From Oikopleura dioica (lineage: Eukaryota > Animalia > Chordata): a stretch of DNA of 64,000 nucleotides. Of the stretch, positions 12,495-25,098 are shown in pieces. The translations under genes and the position numbers were made by a program. Below the pieces are notes generated by a model. It was given only the letters and a program-made list of their open reading frames with translations. It was not told the origin of the DNA and searched no databases. Every line of letters begins with the position of its first letter. Positions within the stretch are counted from its first letter, which is position 1. The stretch spans positions 8,804,001 to 8,868,000 of the forward strand of contig OU015567.1 of the NCBI GenBank assembly GCA_907165135.1, in the 5' to 3' direction.

Positions 12495-13141
12495 GGGGTG
12501 GTGGTCGAGAAAATTTTTTCGACTTTTTAAAATGTTGATATTATTTTTAGATTCCTTGATTAAAAAGGAGCATTTTTGTTCCCTAGCTTTTGATTGGACC
12601 AACTTTATTTAAGAAAATTTTCGATTTTATGTTGTGAAATCGCCACTTTCGAAAATTTTAAAACGCAATTTTTCGAACTAATACCAACTCAAAATTGATT
12701 TTTATTGTAAGATAATGTTTATTCATCATACTGCAATCATTAAATTCTTAAAAATTACTATTATTGTGTTTTTTCGAAAATTTGATCGAAAAATGAGTAA
12801 AAATGACGATTTATTAGAAAACAACATGTTTTCATTTAATATCTATTTTTTTTTTCTAACAAGGTAAACTTTGTTAAACATAGCCGCCCACACGCTAAAG
12901 GGTTTAAACTTTCCTCACAGTAAGTTTTATTTTGAAAAAAATGATAAGGGGATAGAGTTTTTAGGTCAAGAGATGGGTCCACTTTGTAGGAATTTTTCAC
13001 CATATTTCCCAAAAATATTTTTTCAAGCATAGTCGCCCACATAAATTAGACCCTTTTAACTTATTTTCATTAAGAGAAAAAAATTTTCTTGAAAAATTTG
13101 AGTTTTTGGTTGAAAAAGTCTTAGTCTCGACCACCACCCCC
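12495..13141. mobile_element. TTAA-targeting MITE (Kolobok/T2-like termini)
   Basis: TTAA (12491-12494) GGGGTGGTGGTCGAGA ... TCTCGACCACCACCCCC TTAA (13142-13145); AT-rich non-coding interior. Confidence 0.8.
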
Positions 13142-13607
13142 TTAAGCACTTCTATTTGATGTTTCGAAAGCAAAAACATTTCCTTTCCACATCCGGCGGA
13201 GTCTAGCAATTATCCGTTCAGCTCATTTGACTTAAAAAGGGATGAAATGTAAGTAAACCGTTTTTCCGAGTCCACCTGGAGGGAGCCCAAAAGGTTTCCG
13301 CGCGTTCCGGTATTTTTCTAGTTTCAAGTTCACTTTGCTGGACAAATCTACCAGATTTTGCTGATACAATTAGATGGTATAATACTGAGTCAACGTTTCC
13401 TCCCTCTTTCCTCAACATCTTTCCTTGTTTTCGTGTTCGACAGAACTGATAAGCGCCAAATAAAAACGTTGCTCGAGAGTGGAGTTAGTCTCTATCTGGC
13501 GCTATTTTCGACAACCTTTATCTTTACCACAGAAAAAAACGATTCGCCACTTTTGCGCTTGTTGACCAATTTTTGTGATTTTGAAGAAGAAAAAACATTG
13601 AGAAAAT

Positions 13608-15317
13608 ATGAAGGTTATAAATGCAATTCTTCCCATTGTTGCGTACACTCAGGAAGAGATTTGAAATTTTCTACAACTTCTGGTTTCGATAATAAATTTT
13701 CTTGCAGGGCACTGATTGGTCGAGCTAAAGAAATAGTTTTTTCAAAATTGATCAATCAAAGAGGTATGTATCTTTGACGATTTTCAATAAGGAATTCTGA
13801 GTGAAATCCTTACCCCCTTTGTTATTAGCTCATTTGAAAGAGCGTAAAAAGTTATGCCAGATTCCACCAAAAAGGATGAAATTTTTGAAATTATGACGTC
13901 ATAGCACGTGATTGAAGTTCCAAAAGTACCTTTTCTTCCGGACATCGGCATTTCCGACTACTCTTAGGTACGCAGGCATGCGATACATAAAAATGATCGT
14001 CTTGTCGAGCTCTACATCGGCATCAAAGTCTCAAACTTTTTCATCCCTTTTTCTCGAAATCAATATTTTCAGCAAACATCTGATTTTAAAAAGGGATGAA
14101 AGAATAAATTACAAGGGTTGAAACCAAGATGCCGATGTAGAGCTCGACAAGACGATCATTTTCATGTATCGCATGCCTGCTCAGCCTAGAGGACTTTAAA
14201 ATGCCGATGTCCGAAAGAAATGGTACTTTTGGAACTTCAGTCACGTGGCACGAGGTCAATATTTTGAAAATCTCTGGATTTTTCCAGTGTTTTTAGTGTA
14301 ACTTTTTACGCTCTTTCTAACAAGCCAATAAAAGAGGGGGGTAAGGATTTCACTCAGAAATCCTTATTGAAAATCGTCTTTAGAGGCCTCTGAAGCTGTT
14401 AATTGCTATCTCTAAAAAGGAAAGATGTGGGACTATAAAACTCGGCGAAAAAGGCCAATTCGCGCCAGTTAGTCTTTCCAGTTATCCCGGCTCCGGAAAC
14501 ACATGGGTTCGATACATGATTGAAGAGTTCACTGGATATTACACTGGCAGCGTTTTCCACGATGGAAAGCTTTACCGCGGAGGTTTCAAGGGAGAGTATG
14601 AAGATTACACAGATGGTAAGGTTATTGTAACGAAAGCGCATACATTCAGATCGGAGAGGCCACTCACAGACGCCATTATGCTCATCAGAAATCCCTACGA
14701 CGCGTTTTTGTCCGAGTTCAATAGAGTCAACGGCGTTGGCGTCACTGGAAACGATCACACAGGAACTGGCTTCGAACACAGATTTTGAAATTCTTTTTGA
14801 CGAATATTTTTCTAAACCAAGCAAAGGCAAAGCATCACTGGATGATTTTCTCTCGCCGAAGTGGACAGATATGAATTTCGGAAAATACGCTGTCCGGTGG
14901 TATCGGCTTTACTCCGGTCTTCTTGAAAGCGGCCACAAGATGCTGCCAATAATTTACGAAGGTAAAACTATGTTCTAGGAAAACTTAGCAAAAACGAGTT
15001 TTAGAAATGAAAGCAGACCCAAAACAAGAAATGGAGAAAATCGTCAATTTCCTTGATACACGAACAGACTACGAGTCCAAGTATGAGTGCCTCTTTGGAG
15101 ACAACTCAAAGAGATTCAAGCGGTCCAGTGAGCGAGAATTTGACCCTTATGATTTTATCGATAACGGTAAGAAAAAACGTATGATTTTGTATATCCTCAT
15201 CCTTTTACAACAGAAAAACTCGAGGCAGTGAATGAAGTGATCATCAAAATCAGCGAAACACTCAACCGAACCCACGGAATCACACTGCCAGAAACATATC
15301 TTCGAAATCTTCACTAA
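13608..15317 (+). CDS. WSCD1/2-like sulfotransferase-domain protein, copy 1 (no WSC domain seen)
   Basis: MKVINAILPIVAYTQ|ERCG (GA-AG intron 13653-14419); LSSYPGSGNTWVRYMIEEFTGYYTGS (PAPS-binding loop); KAHTF; AIMLIRNPYDAFLSEFNR; GA-AG intron 14763-14826; ends ITLPETYLRNLH*. Confidence 0.85.
13776..14378. mobile_element. Foldback/MITE-like element with about 250-bp imperfect inverted arms, inside intron 1 of sulfotransferase copy 1
   Basis: Arm 13776-14024 is the reverse complement of 14128-14378 (e.g. GACGATTTTCAATAAGGA..TGAGTGAAATCCTTACCCCCT vs AGGGGGTAAGGATTTCACTCAG..TCCTTATTGAAAATCGTC); spacer about 100 bp; TSD not evident. Confidence 0.8.
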
Positions 15318-17563
15318 CCATGTAAAAAGAGAAAACTGATTGTTTCCACCAAAGCTGCCATCACTAGAATACTGTAAATTGATTAATTTAACACCCACGT
15401 TCGCTTTGATAACTTTGTCGAGCAAAGTTTTCAGCCACCTTTTTCTTGCTTTGAGGATTTGTACAAAAAATCGAATAAAAATTGATGCTCTGTTTTTCTG
15501 GTCTGATTTTCTTGAGCACTAAATTTCGGCGAGACAATTTTAGTGCTACGTTGTCGATGTCTAGTTGACAACTTTTGGCAGGGGCATCTGTTGACCAACC
15601 GAGTTTTCTTTTCGCGTTGAAATTTTAATCCAATGAATTTGGCGTTTTGGCAAGCTATTTTTGACTCTGCTCTGCAACCGGGTTATGGTTAATCAAAGAC
15701 AATTACCCGTTGAAACGGTGATTTCGAAATTAGCCTTCAAAAAGATGCAAGTAAACATTATTTCAAGTGCGTGGAAAAATGGTTTAGCTGGTATTTAAAA
15801 GAACACGTTTCGACCACAAGAGAAAGAGGCAAAGTTCACATTTCAAAATGCTTTGGTAGATTAGAGGACTTTTTGCTTTTTAAAAATCAGGAAGTGGAGG
15901 ATCCGTAAAACCTCAATTTTTAGCATTTTTTGCAAGGTGAAGGGCTCGTGCCAGATAAATTCGTATCAATTAATGTTCTACAATCGGAATCTTGGAAAGC
16001 GGACAAGATAAAAAAGCAGAGTTGCAATTGGCACGGCCGGTTTTCCCATTTGATCTCCGAAGGTTTCTTTTATCTGCTATCTACTAGGTCATGTGAAAAT
16101 TAGCATCGAGTGGGTGCAAAATCTTGAGTGTCCGGCGACGGAGAAATTCAACAAAATTGAGGAGTAGGAAGAGATTCGCAACACTTGGACTTAGAGAGGC
16201 TAAGTATGCCACGTGAAGATGGCTAAATTGACAGCTTGAAGAAAATCCTCCTTCTGAAACATTTTTTATTCTATTTTCTAAAGACTCGCAGTTTGAAATA
16301 GTTTTTTTTCTAATTTGCGAAGTAACCCAGTACTTCGAGAAAAAGAGCTAATCTGATCTAAGACATGCCATCGGATAATATTCGAGGAACGGCCTTGCTA
16401 ACAAATTGAGCAAGATGAAGTACTAAGCCAGCGAATCCGATTTTATAAGACTCTTGCTCATTTTCTTTGAAATTCTAAAGAAGGACTTTCGCGATTCAGA
16501 ATCGCCGATTCTCAAAATCTGACGATCGGAAACGGGTTGCTGTTAGTTTCTTATCGGAAACCTGATTCTATTGGCAGCATTTGTCTGTTCTAGCGAAAAC
16601 CAAATCATTTCGACGATTTAAATTTTAATCACTGAACTTTCTCTTTGATCCATCGTTTTTTTCGGTGGGCAAAATATTAAATCTGAGTTATTTCAATTAG
16701 CTTAGTCACGGTCTCCCCTAAGACCAGATTGAAGTTAGTCTTATCCGTTTTTTTCAGACTTTTGGTCGAATGACCCTTCTATGCTTGTTTTAGTTTCAAT
16801 GAACTTCCGAGATTAGAAGCATTACCTGAAGTGATTATGTATTATAAGCACCGGTGAAAACACGGCACATGGGTTTGCCACATGTAGCCTGTCGTTAAAT
16901 CAAAGGAAAAACAAAAGATGGGTTTTGTAATGCTTCTAAACAAAGAACATGCAGGATGGATTAGCGTAGCCCTCTCGATTTCATTTTTCAAAGGGGCACT
17001 CTATTCGACCTGATACGTTTATTTGGCTTTGCCTCTGTCTGCTGGTATCAAGAAGTTAACTCAAGAAATTCAACAGTATAAAGCTCGAAAAAAGGATGTT
17101 CGTAAAACTTCATTTGTTAAATTCATTTTGATTTGAATAAACTTTTCTCTAATTAGATTCAGAAACCACTAGGCATCAAAAAAACTTAGTCTCCCTAATT
17201 TTCTTGTTTTCCGTTGGAAAACCGAAATATAACCGCACATTTCTCACGCCACTTTATGAAAATACTTGAAATCGCCATGAACCGCTACCCAAAGATAACA
17301 TCCAGAAAATGAGCATTAGTTTTATTTTCTAACGAATTTTTGGTTGAACCTTGAAAATGATCGTTTCAAAGCCGGAAATTAGCCATTTTGATTTGCTTTC
17401 GGCAAGAAATATTGGACACCATAACGTATAATTTTTCACTTCGAGTTTGCATTTATATTTGGCAATCAAGCTGGAATAATATTTTCTCTCTTAATGACAT
17501 TTGATAAGGAAGAAAAATTATTCCGAGTTTGATTGAATTATAGAAATGAATCGTGGCTAACAG

Positions 17564-17804
17564 ATGAGAGTTGGCATCAATCGACAAAGATGCGACAATT
17601 TCGACCAAAGTTTTGGTCGAATTTCGTATAAATTGTATGCCCTCATTCCCATGCAACAAAGCGATTAACAAATGCGTTCCGATAGAATGCAGAGATGAGC
17701 CTCAAAGTCCAAGCGACAAGAAATGCAACAAGTTCTACCATAGATGCGCGTGTCTAGAGTGCGAATTGAGCCAGTGCCTAGAAAGGTACAAAGACTACCA
17801 ATAA
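17564..17804 (+). CDS. Putative small cysteine-rich protein
   Basis: MRVGINRQRCDNFDQSF|AINKCVPIECRDEPQSPSDKKCNKFYHRCACLECELSQCLERYKDYQ* using a 46-nt GT-AG intron (17616-17661); an upstream exon is possible. Confidence 0.4.
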
Positions 17805-18248
17805 CTCTCGGTTGAATTTCTGAGTAACAAAGACTGTGGTGAGCAAGCAAATTCAAGTGTTTAGTAAAGTCAAAAATCCCCGAAGTTCGGGGCCCGAACA
17901 ATGAAATATTTCTGCAACAAATAATATAGCAGTCGACTAGTTCCAAACAGACCATGTTAGCGATTCTCAATACTTATTCTTCCGCTGAATCAGAGAGTCC
18001 AGCGCGCTATCAGTGAGCTCCAGCGCGCCATCCCCCCGGAACGCGACGTTTATCGGTAAGCCGGACATTGTAGATCGTCTTCAATCTTCCTTCGAGTCGT
18101 CTTTATCTTCTTCCAAAATCAACCCGTATTTCTTTTTTTTTAACTTTTACGAATTTTTTTTTCAATCAAGAGAAATAAAGAAAATGGTCGGAAATTCAAC
18201 ATAAATTCGCTGTTTAGAAGAAAAATTTTCCAACCTTTGATCAGAGAA

Positions 18249-19706
18249 ATGAAGCTTTCAATTTTCCTCTCAATTGCTGGATTCGGATCACAAGCACAAG
18301 AACGATGTGGTCACATTCAATTCGGAAGACCCTCTCAGTTTGCACCAGTCAGTCTTTCCAGGTTTTTCCGTCATTTTTTCGGTTGAGAGATAAGAAATTT
18401 AAGTTATCCTGGATCTGGCAATACCTGGGTTAGGTATTTGATCGAAGAATATACAGGTTGTGGTTCCCATAAAAAATTCTTTTCTAAGGGCCTCCCCAAC
18501 GATACTAGAGAGGCCCTCCAATATGATTCGAAAAAAAATAGACAAGAACCCGAATTTAAGGCTACTACACAGGAAGTGTTTACCACGACGGCAAATTGTA
18601 TCGAGGCGGCTTCAAGGTAAAATTCTTGCGTTTAGAACATCGCCGGCTGGCCTCAGCTGCTTGTCTCTGATGCTCATTACCTACTGTAGTTCATAGTTTA
18701 AAGCGCCACTCACAAATTTAATCTAAGTTCGTTTTAGGGCGAGAAAGAAGACTGGAGCGAAGGTAGGGTAGTGATAACAAAGACACATACTTTTAGGCCA
18801 GAAGACAATCCGCTTACAGATGCTGTCATGCTCATTAGAAACCCATACGATTGCTTCCTTTCGGAATTTAACAGAGTAACGAGTGGAAGTGATCATACTG
18901 GGATAGCATCAAATGCTGGTAAGATTTATTTTCTAGCGTACTTTTTTGAATGTCAACTTATCAGAGCGCTAAGCCTAGAATTAATAAACAAGATCGAATT
19001 GCTAGAATCAGTCGTCTCTAACAAAGCTAGTCAAATCTGTGAGTTGCGGTCACATGACACCTATTTCGAAAATGTTGTTTTAATTAAATCGGCCAAGTGT
19101 AAATGTCAAAAACAAACTCTAAGTTGCGTTTTCACTATTTTAGATTTCATGGACTCGAAATGGGTAGAGCGAGATTTTCCAAAGCTGGCTTCTCGATGGC
19201 TTCGGCTGTACACAAATCTTCTCAGCAGTGGCAACGAAATTTTACCGATTATTTACGAAGGTAAAATCGTGAATCCGCATTTCCTAACTTTTTCAAAGAA
19301 ATGAAGGCTGATCCAAAGACAGAAATGAAGAAGATCGTCGATTTTCTGGACGTTCACACGGACTACGAGTCCAAATACGACTGCCTCTTTGGGGATAATT
19401 CGATGAGATTCAAGCGTTCTAGCGACCGGGAATACGACCCTTACTTATACATCGACCAAGGTAACGTTTTCAGTAACAGTACCCACATTTCGTCATTAAT
19501 CTAAACGCACTTGAAAGGTGATATTTTATCGGGCTAAAATGAGACTAGCTCAATAATCTACCTAAATCATGTATAAAAATCGTTGGTGACTCAATTTTTT
19601 AGATCGACTTAAGCCAGTAAATCAAGCAATCATGGAGCTTTCCAATTTGCTCAACAGTACCCATGGCATTGAACTCCCGATGACATATCTAAGGGACATC
19701 TACTAA
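18249..19706 (+). CDS. WSCD1/2-like sulfotransferase-domain protein, copy 2
   Basis: MKLSIFLSIAGFGSQAQERCG...LS|SYPGSGNTWVRYLIEEYT|GYYTGSVYHDGKLYRGGFK|GE...KTHTF...LIRNPYDCFLSEFNR...ELPMTYLRDIY*; collinear with copy 1; six GT-AG introns. Confidence 0.85.
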
Positions 19707-20065
19707 CTTTCTTTCTTCATCCCTTACTGAAGTTATTCCGGAATTGCCAAAAGCTCCCACTCCGTCACACAAAATGTCACTATCACTACATGCTCTTCAT
19801 GACTGACCTTGTACATTATTATAATCGACTTGTCAAGCCCTGCTGATGCTTGATTCAATTCATATTCCTTTACCAACTATGCAAAATTCTGCTCCTACCA
19901 CTTGATGTAAAGAACCACTCGATCCAGATTCATTAGATCTATCTAATAAACATTTGTTGAAATTTGAAAAAAACTATCCGTTTATTATTTTTATTGAAGA
20001 TTATTTCAAAAAACGTGGCAGAGGATTTAATTTGTCAAAGGAGAATGAACGTGGACGCGGTTGAC

Positions 20066-22241
20066 TCAGACAAAGAATCTTATATTGGAGCAGAGGCAAT
20101 CTCCCGTTTCACGTTTTGCAAAGTCGTTAGCATTAGTGAGAAAGTACCAAGACTTCAGCGAGTAATTGATAAAGCGGTCTTTGAAAGTCTGCCAATTCGG
20201 GGAGGAGAGGAAGTTTTCTTGCTGCGTTCGCTCCCACATTTCTAAAGAGGGATTTTATTAACACGATCGATTAAAAAACCAGCTTACCGGATAAAGCAAG
20301 ACTTCTTTTTATATTCGCCCAGGATAGAGTGCCAGTAACGTCCGTAACGTAATTATTATGCGTTCCAGAAATCTTCATCTTCTTATGATCCAATGCGCTA
20401 TTCAAGTACTCCTCGCTCATGACCTCTTTTGACATCTTTTTAATTTTATCAAGGTTGGCTTTGAATTTTTCGAATCCCTCCTCGTCAGCGAAAAAGCAAT
20501 CGTCCCGGACTGGATCGTCAAACAGCTTTTTAGAGGTTCTGTTTTGGCATAACTTTGTTTTGTTTCAACATGTTTTGTTAAATTATTTGGAATTGGCAAT
20601 TAGAAGAGATAGCAAGGTGATTGAATGAGAACCGTTGGCTGAACGACAATCGAGTCATTGATAGAGATGGTGCCACTCAGAATATTGCTATCGTCTTCTT
20701 CGTCAGAATTCTCGTGGTGAAACATAATATCTTTAGCCAGTTGGATTAGTTCCTAAATCAGATGTTATAACAAAAAACGTGACGATAACCAGTTCCTCTC
20801 GCAATCGGACAGATCAGAACATCGTTTTTTATTAATTCAATATGCAACTAATTTCACCAAGCTCAAAATTTTCACCTTTCTTTTACTATTTCCGAAATTC
20901 CAAATGTCCTACATCAATTAATAAATGGCGTAAAATGATGAAATCAACAAGGGGAACATCGAAAATAAATCCCTACCTCATCAGACTCCGGATTTTCTTC
21001 GAGCAACCTGACCATAGCAACACCTCTAGCTCCGTAAGAATGAATCAGTTGCCTATTAAAGTCGTCTTTTTCAAGCATCATCAGAGCTCTATACTTTGAC
21101 TCTTGAAATAAACGGTTTCTGAGAAACATTTTTGAGAAAACATACCCATGATATAACTTTGGAAATATAAGATAAGCATCGAAATGTTGTGCAAAAGCTC
21201 GACGATGCCGAATGCCCAAACGCATAAACTTGCTCGTTTGCCGATGTAAAGTACTCTTCTCGCAGCCATCTTTAGAGATGTAAGAAACGGGACAGAATAA
21301 GAAAGAGCGGAGAAAAAGTAGAAGCCGAACGTAGACCAGAAGAAAGTTTCAACAGCTGGTACCCTGAATATTGCTGATTACTTACAGGGTAGTTAGCTGT
21401 CTATGACAGGTGCATTTATGAAAAAATGGGGCTTTTCAGAAGATGTTAAGTGTAAAATATATTACCAAATATCTTTAATAACTTGCACAGCATCTTCGCT
21501 CTCCTTCACGCTCTCAAAAAGCTCTTTCTCCAGCGCCAATCTCGTCTCCGCCAGCTCCTCCTCCGTCGTCCTCGGTTTCGTCCCCGAGAATCTGATCGTT
21601 ATTCTTTCAAGCTCTTCTGCCGACTCACGACGTTTGAAAAAATCGAGCAGCGCGGGTGATGATGATTTTCCAAGAGTAGCACTTAAAATTTCATCAAGCG
21701 GATTCGACGACTCAAGCATTGGAATCTCGACGATTTTGTTGCACGAAACAGACGATTCTGGATCAGTAAACATCGTCACCAGCGGCGGTAGTAGAAGAAG
21801 AACATAAAAACCGACCCAGAAAATGAATCGCGTGAAAATTTGAGAAGTTGTCTTTTCCATGTCTTTTTCGATCTCTGAAATCGCTCGAACAATCAACGGA
21901 TTCGCCAGGTAAGGTTTTTCTTTGAGCAGAGCATTCAGCGAGTCTACGTGTTTGTTACTGAAGCTTTCCTCCATTTGGGCGATTTGTTCTTTTGATTTTT
22001 GCTCGAACTTGGGAAGCCAATCTTCCAAATTCGAGCTCTGAAACTGCCTCTTTGAAGCAGCAGATAATTCTTCATAATTGAAGCCCAATTTCGCGTATTT
22101 CTGGCGCACGGAATCGCCTAGAATTATCATTTCACAGTTGTTTACTCTGCTTACAGTACCTCCAATGACGCTATGAAACTGCCTGAGATTCTTGCTTACT
22201 CTCAGGCGAAGAATCTCTTTAGAAACTCGAAGCTGATTCAT
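20066..22241 (-). CDS. Uncharacterised multi-exon membrane protein with a mitochondrial-presequence-like N-terminus
   Basis: Large first exon 22241-21465 (Arg-rich N-terminus, TM FIFWVGFYVLLLLPPLV). Phase-compatible GT-AG junctions join further exons (DIW|VPAVETFFW; YIM|ALMMLEK; ESDE|ELIQL; QPT|LFDDP; ALS|EMWER). The 3' end is uncertain. Confidence 0.6.
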
Positions 22242-22570
22242 TTTAACTGTAATTTCGACTGACAGTAACTCCGGCTCCTTTCATCACCCAAATTTTCAAC
22301 TTCGAGAGACCGATTTCTCTCTTGATTGTTCTCTCTAAATAACAGAGATTAATTATCTTTTTTTTATAAAAAAGGTTTTTGTTTATTGATTTTTTAAACA
22401 GTTGAGAAGAAAAAACGAAAAATAGAAAAAAGAAATAATCTGAAATATTGCAATTAGCCAGCGATTCGATTTTAGCGCGTTTCGGTTTTCAAAACTTCTT
22501 CTTGTGAAATGCGAGTCAGGTGATTTTGAGAGCTCCTCCATACAGAACAGACAGGAAAGGAGTTGATCTT

Positions 22571-23614
22571 TTAGAACTTTTTGAAGAACTTGGGAAGAAT
22601 GCCGCGTTTCCTGCAGAAGAGGACCGTTCTTCTACAGAGAAACAGGTAGAAAAGATAGCGCAAGGGCTTTGCTAGCTCCCATATCAGGAATGTAGTGATA
22701 AACATATTTGCCGTTCGACCTTCGTACTTTATTTGACCCTAGAAAACTGTCAGCGCTTGCAAATAGGACTTGGACTTACTGTGACTCGATTGTTCATTAA
22801 TTCGAAGTCATCATTGTTGTGAATTCTCTCAATAACTTTCTGCGTGTCTACTTTGAAGACTTTCGTCCAGTCCATCCATCCTCTTTCATCGAGCCATTCT
22901 ACTGTTGGAACAATTTCCATGCCCAGACGAAAGGGAATCGTGAACACCATGAAAAGAGGCACAAACGTACTAAATAAGTCGTTCTTCACAAGACTGGATG
23001 GAGAAAATCTTACGCCCAATAAATGATGAACCAAAGAACTCCGTATTGTTTGATCGCTTCTTTCGTCTTTGTCCAAGCCCGACCAAGGCGACTTTCTTTG
23101 AAAGAAAATGATCTTCTGCTTGGATCGCTCAATCGCTGGTACTTGAATGAAGATGAATGAAGCTTTTCCTCCGAAGCGGCTATAAAATAGGGTTTTAGAT
23201 TGTCAGTGAATATGGCGAAAACTTTTCGCCGAAAAGAACGAGGATGAGTTTATGACATGAACTTTGTGGTCTCGCTTGAGAACTAGAGAAATAAAAGTTA
23301 ATGTGCGTGACGATTTTCGATATATAAAGAGGAGAATCACATCCTAAAAATAAAAGATAAATAAATTCCTCTTTAAGAATATCATAAAATGATATGCATC
23401 AACAACTATTCCAAGGTGCGTGTAATCGACAATGTGAAAGCATACTTTTGTTTGGAGTTGAAGAGAAATTCCTGATGAGATTTGTCGGCAAAATTGGAAC
23501 GCGCTCGTACTGCGCTCCAGAAGCAGCGCTACTCCTGTGAATGCCGTTTCCGAACATGACGCTCTTGCGGAGCGCGCGCCTGACCGGGATCAAAAGCTGA
23601 CTGCTCAAAATCAT
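22571..23614 (-). CDS. FAM210/DUF1279-like mitochondrial membrane protein
   Basis: Presequence-like first exon (RRALRKS...LIRNFSSTP); KEAIKQYGVLWFIIYW|ATFVPLF...; FITTFLIWELAKPLRYLFYLFLCRRTVLFCRKRGILPKFFKKF* resembles the DUF1279 pattern (kelfkkYG...aKalxPxR). Confidence 0.6.
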
Positions 23615-23817
23615 CTGAAAAACATTTCTCAGCATCGCTGCTATTCTCCAAATCTGCCATAGAAACCAAAAATAAACAATTAATTTAGATTGATTCTAGT
23701 GACTTTTGATTCAAAGACCACTCAACCCTTTTATGATTATTCAATTATTACGCAATATTAGCAAAAATTGTTAGAAGTAGAAAATGACTGGGAATCTCAG
23801 AATTTTCTGGAGCCTGC

Positions 23818-24011
23818 CTCGTCAACCTGTGTCCAAAACCTGAATCAGGACCTAAAAGAGCTTGAATGAAAAGTTACGCAGCGGCTTTTATGAAAACGAA
23901 GCCGCAAAGCCGCTTCGCCAAATTACCATCTCAATATATTCTTCATTCTACGTGGCTTTTCATCTAGGCTATCTCAGTACCTGACTCAAGTTTTGGACAC
24001 AGGTTGGCGAG
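23818..24011. mobile_element. Short hairpin-forming MITE-like element
   Basis: CTCGTCAACCTGTGTCCAAAACCTGAATCAGG (from 23818) is an inverted copy of CCTGACTCAAGTTTTGGACACAGGTTGGCGAG (to 24011), 3 mismatches; weaker symmetry extends to about 65 bp; no clear TSD. Confidence 0.65.
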
Positions 24012-25098
24012 CTCAGTTTACAGCACCAAATTTCACCTGTACTCAATCTTTCTTTACATAAAAGCTGAATAAAAGCGCTCTACCATTTTCTTTCTGCGGG
24101 TATTTTATATCTAAGAATGTCTTTTAAATTGAGAGACGAGAAAATTGAGCATAAGAATCATTTACAATTTCAAGAGAAATAATTCTTATATCATTTTTGA
24201 TAGCAATAGGGAGGGTGTATTTGAACTTGGAAGAAAATATCAGCAGTGACAGTAGACTATACCTTGAAGTTGACTTTAAAAAATCAAACAATTTGCCTAG
24301 AACTCGCGAAACTGCGAGATTTTTAAGACACAGATGGAGGATCAAAGTATTCAAATTTCAAGTAAAAAGATTCTCCAGTGATGTCTTCTCAAATTAGCCG
24401 CCAATAATAACCGGTACTGGTTTCTTCGTCTGCCGTATTTTCGGACATGTACCTTGCTCAGAGACGAAATCGGGGCGGCGATTTCGATTAAATAACAGAA
24501 TCTAAAAAGAAATTTCAGTAACCAAAAAATTTCCATTTTATCTTACCATCAGTTTCAGGCCATATCTTCGTAATTAAGAATAAAGCACATTTTCAACGAT
24601 TCAAAACCATTTTGAGAAAGTGGTTTCTTCTGAAAAACTCGACTTTTAATAAAAAATATGAAAATAACTGAAAAGAAATAAGTGAACTGGATCCAGCTGA
24701 AAAGTTTCAAGACTCTTGAAAAAACCAAAGAAAATGTAACAGAATTCGAAAATTCCAGAGAAAACTATCTGAAAGTCTTTCTTTTTCTAGTTTATCTTCA
24801 TTTCAGGTGTTTTTTTGTGTCTTTGTAAGTGTCTCTCGGTTTACAACAGATTTTGAATAATTCACAGTTTCTCTGAGTCGTCGGATTCAAAGGAAACTAC
24901 GCGGAGTGGCCTAACCCGAGCGCGCCAATTGGCCAATTTTGAAACCGCGCGCGTTCAAATTTAAAACTGTCGCGAGCTCTCTACCCTCCTCAAATGCTTT
25001 AGCCTTTAGCACTAGAATTATCACCAACCTTTTCCTTTTTTCGAAATTGACGAAGATTTATTAGTAAGAGAAAATAAAGAAGTAAAAAATAAGAATAA

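Noticed and set aside
14750-14850. Apparent frameshift or 63-nt insertion flanked by GATTTT in sulfotransferase copy 1
   Set aside because: A GA-AG intron (14763-14826) restores DHTGKASLDDF, collinear with copy 2.
15400-17450. Protein-like stretches with frequent stops
   Set aside because: No consistent frame, splice model or motif could be assigned; possibly decayed coding or TE sequence, left unannotated.
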